Positions 11,101 through 19,349 of a stretch of DNA of 52,326 nt are shown piece by piece. The stretch spans positions 1 to 52,326 of IMG/VR virus record IMGVR_UViG_3300023112_000019; one strand, written 5' to 3'. A program made the translations under genes and the position numbers. Position 1 is the stretch's first letter; each line of letters opens with the position of its first letter. The notes beneath the pieces were generated by a model. It saw nothing but the letters and a program-made list of their open reading frames with translations, ran no database searches and was not told the origin of the DNA. The DNA is from a virus (lineage: Duplodnaviria > Caudoviricetes).

Positions 11101-13660
11101 TAAACTGAGTCTTAGAAGTACTAATATTTTTATCGTGTATTGCTTGGTATGCTCTAGCTTCTTTTAATAGAAGTTCTCTTCCGCCTGTTCCTGTTACACC
11201 ATAAAGCTTTCCGCCCTCGAATGACATTTTGGTAAACTTCTGGAAGTCAGCCCCTTTGCCAATACCGAAAGTCTTCTTGTTTCTTTCTGTAAGCTGCATA
11301 AAATATGTTTCATAACCATACCCTACAGACTGTTTAAAGCTTCTATTTTTAACTTTATTTAACTGGTCTCCAACTGGATCAAAAGCTTTTGTTCCTAGGT
11401 CTACCTCAAAGTTCATATCCTTTAAGATACTTGGAGACATCATTGTACTCAAACTGAAAGCTTTTGGTATTCCACCTAGCCCTAGTTCGAATCTTCTTAA
11501 TGCGTTATATGCTACGTCTTTATATTTTGCGTTTTGTCTTCCCAGAGCTTCTGGGCTTATCCCCATATACGAGAACTTGTTCAGGTCAAGAGGGTTGCCT
11601 TTTATGCTATAGACATCTCTATCCCATAGGAATCTTGCTGCCCCAACCATTGCTGCTGCAGTAGCTATGCCACTCCAGGCTACAGGCGTTGGGTCTTCGT
11701 GAGCTGTTGCAAGTGAGCCTTTAAATCCTGAACCAAATTCTGTTGTGTTCTTTCTTTGCTTACCAAACCATCCATGAGGCATGGCGTTGATACTATTATA
11801 TGCAGCACCTTTTCCAGAAAACTGATTAGTTATTTTGTATAGTGCACCCTGCCTGTATGACTCTTCTTCGTTATATCCGTCTTCCCACATTTCTGCGGCA
11901 CCTGCAGCCAGGTGTTTGTTTCTTCCTAACCTAAGAAGATCCGTTAATGAGTTGAATGTTAAATCTTTTCCTTGTCCTGCAGAAAATGCTTTCCAGTCTT
12001 TGAAAAAGTCATGCCCCCAAATTCCAAGGCCTTCTCTCTCTGCCTTCCCTCCAGCAGCCATAAATGTAGCTCTGTCTACTGCGTCTTTATGTTGAGGTCC
12101 AAATTCAAGAGACGAAGCATAACCTTCTGCGGCTAGTTTTAAGTTAAGGTTTTCGTTGCCCTTATAGATAACACCAAGATATCTACCATAGGTTTTTTCA
12201 GTAGGATCTACTATTAGCCTAAGGTCTTCTTTGTCCCCTAGCATTTCTTTAAATCTATCTGTAGCAGCTTGCCCCAGAGGTTGCTCTTGACCAACTCTAT
12301 ATGGTCCTAGTGGATCATTAGCATGGGTTGTTTCAGGAGCATCAATTCCAGACATTCTAATTACGACATCTGGTTCAGATGAGCCTTTCTTGTTCAAGAC
12401 AAGAGTATCGGCATCATCAACCATAACGTTATATTCGGATAGTTTAACTTCTCTTAATTGTTTCCTTTTCTTATTCAGCCCTTGAAGAGTTGCCTGGTCT
12501 CCAAAGTACATCAAGTCTAGACGACTAATCTCTCCATGCTGGACTTTCTCCTGGCGTCTGTCTCTATCTTTATTTATGGCCTCAGCCATTAGCGGGTCTT
12601 TTAATGCTGTAGACATTCTATTGATTCTGTTCATATTGAAACCAGAACCAAAGTCTGTTATGTGATTTCTTGATTGGCCGAACCAACCATGATTCAATCC
12701 TTCTATTGTATTATAGTCATCATCTTTGCTTGAGATGCCTGCTGTCTTACCTAGTAGGTATCCAGCTGCCGCAACACCACCAGCAATAGCAGCATATCTC
12801 CCCAGCCCTTTTGGAAGTTTGCCAGCAAGTTTATTTACCTTGCTTACTTTGATTCCAGCTTTAGCTTCTGCTTGTAAAAATATTTCTGTACTAGAAAGGC
12901 CATACTCTCCAAGCCTAAAACCTTGAGAGCTTTTAGCATTAAGCATTTCATTTCTATAAGATGCGTAATTAGTTTTAAGCATTGTTCCAGAGAACAACTT
13001 CGCCCCGTAGGAATTTGCAAGTTTCTTTCTCACATTAAGAATGCTTCGAGTCTCTTGTTCTACCTTTAGTGCTGTTGGATCCTTCCAGGCTTCAAGCCAT
13101 TTGCCTAGCCCCTTCGGAACATTACCAGCTTTAATCTGCTCAATGCTATGGATTAATCTTCTATTTAAATTCTTATTAGTACCAGAACCAAATGACTCTT
13201 TTAAAAACTGCTTATGTATACCTACAGATATATCAGCCTTTGGCGATATGATTCCTTTCTCTTGAGCAATAGCGTTCAGAGATTTTGCCAGCTCGATAGT
13301 ACTGATGGTACCACCGCCAGCCTTGCCTTGCATTACCATCTGCTCGTAAACACGCATCTGTCTGATACGGTCTCTTTGCCTTGCAACCTGCTTGCTCATT
13401 CTATTTAAACCAACATCCTCTAGGTCTTTCATCCTTTGATGTCGGTTTTCTTTTATGATTGCTTGATAGGCAGTGTCAGGAGTTCCAGTCTTTCTTAGAT
13501 TTATATCATAAGAAAAGAGGTTGGCTTTATTAGATGTTAGATTAAATATGTCTCTTGAGGAGGCTGATTTGTTTGAGTTCAAGACGAACGAGTGCTGCGT
13601 GGGCAGATAAGCCCCCGTAGCTCTACGGTTGGAATTTAATTTGCTTGAGTTTCTAGCCAC
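8150..13660 (-). CDS. Tape-measure-like giant virion protein with an internal thermonuclease (SNase) domain (1836 aa)
   Basis: Directly follows two chaperone-like genes and has several hydrophobic Gly/Ala segments. SNase motifs: VDDADTL, IRMSGIDAPET, KTYGRYLG, LNLKLAAEGYA, GLGIW. Confidence 0.75.
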   Translation of the reverse strand: MARNSSKLNSNRRATGAYLPTQHSFVLNSNKSASSRDIFNLTSNKANLFSYDINLRKTGTPDTAYQAIIKENRHQRMKDLEDVGLNRMSKQVARQRDRIRQMRVYEQMVMQGKAGGGTISTIELAKSLNAIAQEKGIISPKADISVGIHKQFLKESFGSGTNKNLNRRLIHSIEQIKAGNVPKGLGKWLEAWKDPTALKVEQETRSILNVRKKLANSYGAKLFSGTMLKTNYASYRNEMLNAKSSQGFRLGEYGLSSTEIFLQAEAKAGIKVSKVNKLAGKLPKGLGRYAAIAGGVAAAGYLLGKTAGISSKDDDYNTIEGLNHGWFGQSRNHITDFGSGFNMNRINRMSTALKDPLMAEAINKDRDRRQEKVQHGEISRLDLMYFGDQATLQGLNKKRKQLREVKLSEYNVMVDDADTLVLNKKGSSEPDVVIRMSGIDAPETTHANDPLGPYRVGQEQPLGQAATDRFKEMLGDKEDLRLIVDPTEKTYGRYLGVIYKGNENLNLKLAAEGYASSLEFGPQHKDAVDRATFMAAGGKAEREGLGIWGHDFFKDWKAFSAGQGKDLTFNSLTDLLRLGRNKHLAAGAAEMWEDGYNEEESYRQGALYKITNQFSGKGAAYNSINAMPHGWFGKQRKNTTEFGSGFKGSLATAHEDPTPVAWSGIATAAAMVGAARFLWDRDVYSIKGNPLDLNKFSYMGISPEALGRQNAKYKDVAYNALRRFELGLGGIPKAFSLSTMMSPSILKDMNFEVDLGTKAFDPVGDQLNKVKNRSFKQSVGYGYETYFMQLTERNKKTFGIGKGADFQKFTKMSFEGGKLYGVTGTGGRELLLKEARAYQAIHDKNISTSKTQFTKSYEHTFNIAGVGREHEILIGGGKTKRQAAFRAAHAYGHETLSKYLRLVDDPVKAFRDLFPNIKTGGVTDTVQSITKRLPKFGVGGEKQLIGTLPQILGRHAAKALPLLIGLPAVFGTLNWMTRQVAPEDSVAGKAGITGVLAEGARVAHMTYAGLSEASGLTEIRKYAEEKAPGLTGVKPWLGFTLSGMITGTALGMGAGIFEEARAAAGPARYDAMIKSKTAEKAMAAGLRKIPTMGGNYTRALRWGKHGGLAMAALAAPFLLFGLGSEKSVAELDEEYLGGKEVAIKKARWWEFGTTPWEGSKTDYYRPNWYNRILDRPTDKSIYDGEDISPVGKFVRDLADPYWLEKMHYEDRPYPIAGSTGEDLGLFGAAYEWTVGRVMKPPVLMHPEIFEGRHRGDHLHGGSGKYAPSKKIAGALPPEDAVTPYSAAEQIKQQYYTTYEAVGLRGFVASAIKQAVTGEQDVFEHTPILQSSADIDSTRRKFWDLNLGGFLGMTEPIRRFIPKRPYTTEYVNPIANDMPDWMPGEDYYKNFKQGDPFTKVQEGEYRLPGRGYAARYKELEGVNPADYPLIHRYKILADIAPYSREFRSARKELEAHDPTDYELEIFQRTEEQLEDKRKRKSFRDDVYDQSVLGRYGAALVDIARANPLEQLSPIAPAHKLLPPSSAMTDYEESIYGKEFKLWQRPIEDFIKPFATTVANMAGIDRIPDAVRDARQIESYFDKIEYVKNKRHERMAMAQGSEGKARTFHNKAGRTLAGTDVYENEFRLMAALPKREKVYFEQFKEAGPEDKARLLEIMPNNMKDLYIAQWDKVLLNDMAEGKLDISQAEGQDLEKEVFNRMATIRARRQAEGEALQASENLPAEDWIGWRADVDLEDVKLKYLIDTGREYHYYDLWDDRLRGLRRKPYLEESLEGVDPFQPLAESVTYEQVYKQAVQAGIRNPQIIQRDSVGPTVSYDLEYDRNNEIYQELRAMGEII
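11723..11821 (-). repeat. 33-codon protein-level direct repeat, copy 2 (FSGKGAAYNSINAMPHGWFGKQRKNTTEFGSGF)
   Basis: Aligns without gaps to the copy at 12638-12736; lies C-terminal to the SNase domain. Confidence 0.85.
12638..12736 (-). repeat. 33-codon protein-level direct repeat, copy 1 (ISSKDDDYNTIEGLNHGWFGQSRNHITDFGSGF)
   Basis: Shares YN-x-I, HGWFG, R and T-[DE]-FGSGF with copy 2; lies N-terminal to the SNase domain. Confidence 0.85.
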
Positions 13661-13669
13661 TAGCTTCCT

Positions 13670-14290
13670 CTAGTTCTGTCTTTTACTAAAGTCACCTGAA
13701 GGTGCGCCAAATTCTTCTTCGCGCAGGTTTGCATTTACTTTTGTAAAATCAACAGATGTCTCAGTATATTCTTGTAACCTATCGAATATTTTACCACTTC
13801 CATCGGTAGGCTGGCTAGCTGGGGTCTGGAATTCAAACTCTCTTTTAAGTATAAATTCAGCTTGAGCTAAACGTCTAATCAAAACAGGCCAAGTCATCTT
13901 CTCTAATGTCTCTGGCAGATAAGAAGGAAAAGCTTCACAAATAGTTATAATTGCTTGCTCTCTTGCGTCGGCAAGTAATTCTCTTGCATCTCCTAATTGA
14001 ATGTTTACACTATCAATTGATTGAGGACAAGAAAGATATAGGATAAGTTGAGATACAGTAGTGATAAGGCCCGCAGGTAAGTAATCCTTTCCGTTACCAA
14101 AGGAGTGCTCGACGACACAGTCGTCCCAAATACGATCCTCTAGATCGAACTTGAACTCAGGGTAGGCCTGCATGATATATCGCATGGCTTTGTAGGACTC
14201 ATAGTCTAGTAAACTAAACATGACTCTACCTTCAGTCGTTGCGAAAAGATACAGGTCCCTATGTTTCTTAAGGACCTTATCGAAATCCAT
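13670..14290 (-). CDS. Putative tail assembly chaperone (second of pair)
   Basis: 206 aa, acidic, lies between the tube genes and the tape-measure-like gene; TAATG-coupled to the upstream gene. Confidence 0.55.
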   Translation of the reverse strand: MDFDKVLKKHRDLYLFATTEGRVMFSLLDYESYKAMRYIMQAYPEFKFDLEDRIWDDCVVEHSFGNGKDYLPAGLITTVSQLILYLSCPQSIDSVNIQLGDARELLADAREQAIITICEAFPSYLPETLEKMTWPVLIRRLAQAEFILKREFEFQTPASQPTDGSGKIFDRLQEYTETSVDFTKVNANLREEEFGAPSGDFSKRQN

Positions 14291-14805
14291 TACAGTTTTC
14301 TAACTAGCTGCATTGCCATTTCAGGGGCGATAAAGTTAGAGACTTGTAGAATCATGTCTCTGGCGCTGTCAATAGAGCCGGCTGTTAAAACATTGATGTT
14401 TTGCTGATCCAGCCTAGGCCACAGTGTAGCTTTCATTACAATAGCTTCTGCTTTCTTGTCATCTGGAATCTTTTGAATCTTCTGCATTAGAGCTCTCCAC
14501 TCTAAGCGCTTCAGAGGCCTGAATACGAAGTTCTCATGCTCGCTGAGACTCATTAGGTACACGTCACCTATCTGGGCCTTCATCTGCTCAATCTCTTCGT
14601 CTGAGGGTCTGTTCTCAAGTTCCTTAAAGGTCTGGATAACAAAGTCTTGCTCCATCTGCTTTTGTTGGATCTTGGCCAGTAATTCTTTCTCTTCATCTGT
14701 AAGGCTAGCGATTACTGGATCTTCTTCCTCATATGACTGTTCTGCGAAATCTTCTTGAGCTAAATGAGCATCAAGATCTACGTCTGCGTAATTTTCTTCT
14801 GACAT
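14290..14805 (-). CDS. Putative tail assembly chaperone
   Basis: 171 aa, acidic, with an FVFRPLKRLEW motif of chaperone type; position after the tube genes; GGGAG SD. Confidence 0.6.
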   Translation of the reverse strand: MSEENYADVDLDAHLAQEDFAEQSYEEEDPVIASLTDEEKELLAKIQQKQMEQDFVIQTFKELENRPSDEEIEQMKAQIGDVYLMSLSEHENFVFRPLKRLEWRALMQKIQKIPDDKKAEAIVMKATLWPRLDQQNINVLTAGSIDSARDMILQVSNFIAPEMAMQLVRKL

Positions 14806-14830
14806 TACAATTCTCCCGTTTGTTTGTAGT

Positions 14831-14859
14831 ATTATATAGTTATATTAGTCTTCTTGCAA
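14831..14859 (-). promoter_or_regulatory. sigma70-type promoter TTGCAA-N17-TATAAT
   Basis: Exact -10 consensus with 17-bp spacing, just upstream of the chaperone/tape-measure genes. Confidence 0.65.
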
Positions 14860-15460
14860 TAAAATTATATTGTTCTTGAACTGGACGACCGTCCGCATTA
14901 ACAACCTTGCCTTTACCCATAATCTGTATACCGGAAATAGTCTCACTAGGCGAGTCCTTTCCTAACTCATAGCCATATCCAACAGTTATATCGAATGTAC
15001 TATGATTAAAATTTTCTTTAGTGTTATCTTCTGATATCCCATTGAACTCTCTAGACTGTTCTACTAGACTTCCTTTTGCTGTTCTTGCATCGATCTCATC
15101 AAAAAATTGACTAAATCTTTGCCTTTTATCCGTTAGGTATGTTAGTGACTTTTCTTTTGCATCATCTTTCTTTGTCTGTATAAGCCTAGCTTCTCTAGTT
15201 GTGTTAAATGATTTATACCTATCTAGGATTAACCATAGATAGTTTGGCTCCCTAAAGTTAATAGTGAAAGAACCAGTTACTATAATATTCCCTTTGGGAA
15301 TGAAGTCATAGTGTTGTGATCCGTATCCAAACTGAGGGAGTCTTGTGTGCTGAACGCTATAGTCTAAAGCTAGAATATCATCTACCCATACATCACCAAT
15401 AAAGGCTGATGCCTGTGCTCCTGAAAAATATTGTCCATTAATTGTTAAAGCTTCTGCCAT
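14840..15460 (-). CDS. Tail tube-like protein (tube paralogue or baseplate tube initiator)
   Basis: YFSGAQ...LDYSVQHTRLPQFGYG...KGNIIVTGSFTINF...EQYNFIAR parallels the motif order of the tube protein. Confidence 0.65.
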   Translation of the reverse strand: MAEALTINGQYFSGAQASAFIGDVWVDDILALDYSVQHTRLPQFGYGSQHYDFIPKGNIIVTGSFTINFREPNYLWLILDRYKSFNTTREARLIQTKKDDAKEKSLTYLTDKRQRFSQFFDEIDARTAKGSLVEQSREFNGISEDNTKENFNHSTFDITVGYGYELGKDSPSETISGIQIMGKGKVVNADGRPVQEQYNFIARRLI

Positions 15461-16509
15461 TAGAATGATCCTCTACTTTGTTTTAGAAGTCTGTTCGCTT
15501 CTCCTTTTGTTTTAAAAGGATTAGTTAAAGCATCAATCCTATTTCTAGAGGAAGCTTTAGCAGAACTAAGTCCTGAGTCAGCTACATCTCTGATACTTCC
15601 AATTATCATTTCATCGTAACTATTAAATCTGTTACCAAGATTTGTCATAGGTATCATATCAGTAGCATAGAAGTTCATAGTGTTATATGTAATAATGCTG
15701 TCGACCGACATCTCTTGTCCCTCTGAAGATATATCAACATTGAGAAGATGAAGTGACGAGTAAGCGCCGTATTCATTTGCGAACAATAGCAGCACGTTAA
15801 AAGGTTGAACTTGATCAATCATAACCGCGTGCGGGTGTGGCGGAAGATCTCTATTGCCATCTATATTATCTACAAGCTTAAGAAAATCATGCTCCTGAAA
15901 AACATTAAAGGCCATTGTCCCTGCTATTGTTCTGGGCCCTCTTGTATAATCTTTAGCTCTGACTGTTCCTAGTGCTCTTACTCCGAATTTTTCTCTGAAT
16001 GAACTATAGGATAGTGTGTGGATTGAGCCAAGCTCAAAGTAATTTTCTACATCACCCTGAATTTTTAGTTCTCTTTGCAGATCATCTAAGTTACCGTTAA
16101 GAGTAACTAGTTCTCCGCCTACCTTGGCTTCTCTGGCTGCTGCTGCGGAAACCTGTTTTGCGTACTTTCCTTCTTTGTTATTAAGGCTACTCATTGCTGT
16201 TGAGTCCTCAGGGACACCAGAAGCTCTAAGCTGATTTCTTCTTTTGGCTATATTTTCTATCTGCGCAATATTTAGATCAGAGACAGCTGTAAGATCTTCT
16301 GATGCTATAGCTTTTGCTTTTCTCTGTCTTTGTATCTCAACTTCTTTTATCTCTATTTCTTTCTTTAGGTTGTCTACTGCAAACCTGGAAGCAGGAGTCT
16401 CATTTCTATATGCAACTACAGTTATGTCAGCACCAGAAAAAGACACTAAATTCTCTATGGAACTGAAGCCTTTTCTTGTTTGTTTAACTTGATCTCTGAA
16501 GTCTACCAT
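15460..16509 (-). CDS. Tail tube paralogue with coiled-coil insertion
   Basis: SFSGADI, LSYSSFREK, RGPRTIAGT and FANEYG match the tube protein. Start moved to ATG 16509 (GAGG SD), because the ORF-track extension runs through a terminator. Confidence 0.7.
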   Translation of the reverse strand: MVDFRDQVKQTRKGFSSIENLVSFSGADITVVAYRNETPASRFAVDNLKKEIEIKEVEIQRQRKAKAIASEDLTAVSDLNIAQIENIAKRRNQLRASGVPEDSTAMSSLNNKEGKYAKQVSAAAAREAKVGGELVTLNGNLDDLQRELKIQGDVENYFELGSIHTLSYSSFREKFGVRALGTVRAKDYTRGPRTIAGTMAFNVFQEHDFLKLVDNIDGNRDLPPHPHAVMIDQVQPFNVLLLFANEYGAYSSLHLLNVDISSEGQEMSVDSIITYNTMNFYATDMIPMTNLGNRFNSYDEMIIGSIRDVADSGLSSAKASSRNRIDALTNPFKTKGEANRLLKQSRGSF

Positions 16510-16522
16510 GCATCCTCGTAAT

Positions 16523-16555
16523 AAAAAAGGGAGAAAGACTAGGTCCTTCTCCCTT
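16523..16555 (-). terminator. Rho-independent terminator after the tail tube gene
   Basis: GGGAGAAGGAC-CTA-GTCTTTCTCCC followed by TTTTTT on the minus strand. Confidence 0.8.
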
Positions 16556-16556
16556 A

Positions 16557-16585
16557 ATATTAGACTATTTAATTTCATATTGCAA
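16557..16585 (-). promoter_or_regulatory. Possible sigma70-type promoter TTGCAA-N17-TAATAT
   Basis: Same -35 as the 14831-14859 element with 17-bp spacing; the AT-rich context lowers certainty. Confidence 0.4.
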
Positions 16586-16587
16586 GC

Positions 16588-17196
16588 TTAGCTTTCTATG
16601 GATTCCTTGATCAGAGCAATTCTATCTGTAGAATTTTGATCAAATATCCATGGAGTAATTGACTTAGCGATATACGTATACTGTTGTTCAGTCACGATAT
16701 CATCAATACTTACACCTGAATTCTCGTTCAGTAGTTCAATCCCAAAGATTCTCATGGTTGCCTGAGCCCCATATTCGTTAGCCGCAGCTAGTACGATATC
16801 GAATGGAGGAATCTGATCTGAGTACCATGGAGCTACTTCTTCTTGATTAAAGCTGTTCGACGGTGTTCCTGGTGTCGCAAACTCGGCCTGTGTCTCGAAG
16901 AGAGCATTAGCGTTAATGTTCCCCCTGATACCAGTCTCGTCTTTGTCGGCAGAGAACACTGAGTCCTTAAACCTTTCAAGTAGTGCATGCTTATCAAATA
17001 CAATGAAAATTAAGCTACCAGCGATACCCCTTTTGCCTCTAGCAAAAGATCTAGGGTCAGCCTTTCCCATTGTGTAAACAGGAGCCTTCTCTCTATTAAT
17101 CGAATAAGAGATAGCCTGGATTTCTCCGATAGGCTTTCCTTGAAAGATGGGAGTAATGTCTACACCTGAAAAGCTGTTAAATGTTTCTGTTGCCAT
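16588..17196 (-). CDS. Tail tube protein
   Basis: 202 aa, directly after the sheath; SFSGVDI...GEIQAISYSINREKAPVYTMG...RGKRGIAGSLIF; strong AAGGAG SD; followed by a terminator. Confidence 0.8.
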   Translation of the reverse strand: MATETFNSFSGVDITPIFQGKPIGEIQAISYSINREKAPVYTMGKADPRSFARGKRGIAGSLIFIVFDKHALLERFKDSVFSADKDETGIRGNINANALFETQAEFATPGTPSNSFNQEEVAPWYSDQIPPFDIVLAAANEYGAQATMRIFGIELLNENSGVSIDDIVTEQQYTYIAKSITPWIFDQNSTDRIALIKESIES

Positions 17197-17213
17197 TTCT
17201 GTGTCTCCTTATC

Positions 17214-19337
17214 TTATTGTTTCGCCAGAGAAGTAATAATCGTAATTTTACGTAGCTCGAAAGCTGGTACGATTGTTAATTCTACTGTTGCATCACCTTG
17301 AATCTCTTGAGCAGTTGTTGCAGAAACTCTAGCTTCAAATCGTTGGATGTTTCCAAGTTCTTGTAAAGCAGCAAGTTCTCTTACGATACCTGTTTCAAGT
17401 GCAATTCTAGCAAGCGCTGTGTTAGGCTCACCGATATAAGGTTCAGCTACGGTTCTAACGGAATCAATTGCGTCAGCAATAATTCTCATCGTTGTTAATC
17501 TTGTAAAGTCACTGTCGTCTCTAGCAGCAGTTGGAGCATCAGAAATTCTTAATCTATTTTCTTTTGCCTTAATTGCAACATACTTTAGTTTCGCTAATGA
17601 ATTTAGTTTTGTTTTACTAACTCTAAATGGAGCTCTTACACCTGAAACAATCTTGTTGGTAGGCGCGCTAGCAACAGGTAGTCCAGAGTAGAATCCACCG
17701 TAGAATCCAGCCATATTAGCTTGGTATCCAAAACCAGTTTCGTCAGTTGAATTAAAGAATGTTAAGTACATAGCTGTTAAAGAAATGTATTTACCAATAT
17801 CAATTTTGTGACCATTTCTATCTGTTAAGATATCTACATCTGCATCAAATTCTGCTGACGTTGGTAGCCATCCAGATTCTGTAGCAAAGAAGCCTTTCTC
17901 TCTAACTAGAGTTCCAGCAACAAATTTGTTACCTAGAAGTCCTGAGCCATCAAGAACAACATCTCCTGTTGCGTCTGTAGTTGCTTCCTTCCCTACCCAA
18001 AGAGAAATATCTTTAGCTGAGAATGATGCTGGTGCTTTGGTACCAATAACACCTGTTACTTCATTATCGTTTACCGATAGTGAGAAACAAAAGTTTGCTA
18101 GTTGGTAAGCAAAGTTAACTTCATGGAAGTCATCTGATGATAAAGCTGATCCATCAATACCTGTAGTAGCGGAGGCTGCGCCTACACCTGCAGGAAAGAC
18201 TTCTGCTGATCCGTCATCGTTAGTATCCCAAAAGTAAAAGAATTCACCTTGATATTCTTCTACGTGTAGTAGACCAAGTCCATCACCAGCTGAGCCAGCA
18301 ACAGGATATCTACGTCCTACGTCTAAAGAAATATCAGAAGATAAAGTAATAGTGTCGCCATCTGCAACGTTTTTATCATCTAGATATACGTTTTGTGGAA
18401 TGACAATATCAACTTCATCATTTTCTAATGATCTATATGTTTCAGCTAGTGATTCATAAAGTTTCATTTTAGATGGACTAAGTCCGTCTGACCCATCTTC
18501 AAGGTTGTGTGCTGTGTCCGCGTCATATGTAAAGTCAACAGTGATGGCCTCTCCACCAGTTAGTAACGATCCAAGGTCAACGTTAATTTGATCAACGCCA
18601 AGTGTCCCTGTTCCTACTAATAGTGCCCATTCTGTATCTACGAGTTCTACTCCATCTACATATACTACGTGACTTCCTGCATTCGTTTCTGCCTGAGTTA
18701 GGTCGAATGCTTCTGGTCCAGCTGCTGCCATAGCACCAACCGCTTCTGCGGCTACTGATACTGTGTCTTGTGCGACGTCTCTTAAAGAAACGAAAGCGTT
18801 TGCTGTACCAAGGTCAACACCAGCATCGAAAGTTCCAGAGACGATCACTTCTCCGGTATCAATGGGTTGCCCACCTGGGTTGTTATCATATACTAAAAGA
18901 TCTAAAGCGTTTTTAACCTGTAGTCTGCCTTCTACGGCATTAGGACCAACAGTCGCTGGGGTCTGATAGAATACGAAGTAAAGATCAGCTGCAGAGCCGT
19001 CTTTAATTAAAGTTGTGATTGCCGTTGGATCTGTAACTTGGTTATCAGTTCCTACGCCATAAAGTGTTGCTGCTTGTGCATTGATCCTGTGAAGAAACGT
19101 ATTTGTTGAGCCACCAGCTAAAGTTTCATACATACCTCTGACAAGAGTTCCCTCTTTGCCAAATTCGTTTTCACTTTCTTGTGCTCTCACTACTTGCTTC
19201 TTAAGACCAGCTACCCCTTGAGAAGCGGTCCCCAGAACTAGTACGGCAGGTGCTGCAGAAGCTTCGCTTATCTGTAGTCCACCATCTTGTAGTTCATGGA
19301 TAATGCCAGGCAGGTTTTTAAACTTATCTAGAGCCAT
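17214..19337 (-). CDS. Contractile tail sheath protein
   Basis: N-terminal LPG...VLVLGTA...EFG and C-terminal RLTTMRI...YIGEPN...VPAFELRKITI sheath signatures. ATG 19337 preferred on SD spacing. Confidence 0.9.
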   Translation of the reverse strand: MALDKFKNLPGIIHELQDGGLQISEASAAPAVLVLGTASQGVAGLKKQVVRAQESENEFGKEGTLVRGMYETLAGGSTNTFLHRINAQAATLYGVGTDNQVTDPTAITTLIKDGSAADLYFVFYQTPATVGPNAVEGRLQVKNALDLLVYDNNPGGQPIDTGEVIVSGTFDAGVDLGTANAFVSLRDVAQDTVSVAAEAVGAMAAAGPEAFDLTQAETNAGSHVVYVDGVELVDTEWALLVGTGTLGVDQINVDLGSLLTGGEAITVDFTYDADTAHNLEDGSDGLSPSKMKLYESLAETYRSLENDEVDIVIPQNVYLDDKNVADGDTITLSSDISLDVGRRYPVAGSAGDGLGLLHVEEYQGEFFYFWDTNDDGSAEVFPAGVGAASATTGIDGSALSSDDFHEVNFAYQLANFCFSLSVNDNEVTGVIGTKAPASFSAKDISLWVGKEATTDATGDVVLDGSGLLGNKFVAGTLVREKGFFATESGWLPTSAEFDADVDILTDRNGHKIDIGKYISLTAMYLTFFNSTDETGFGYQANMAGFYGGFYSGLPVASAPTNKIVSGVRAPFRVSKTKLNSLAKLKYVAIKAKENRLRISDAPTAARDDSDFTRLTTMRIIADAIDSVRTVAEPYIGEPNTALARIALETGIVRELAALQELGNIQRFEARVSATTAQEIQGDATVELTIVPAFELRKITIITSLAKQ

Positions 19338-19349
19338 GTCCAATTCTCC

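Noticed and set aside
14280-14320. Programmed -1 frameshift between the two tail chaperones (lambda G/GT type)
   Set aside because: No canonical X XXY YYZ heptamer. The -1 frame has a TAG four codons before the second ATG, and TAATG coupling explains the layout.
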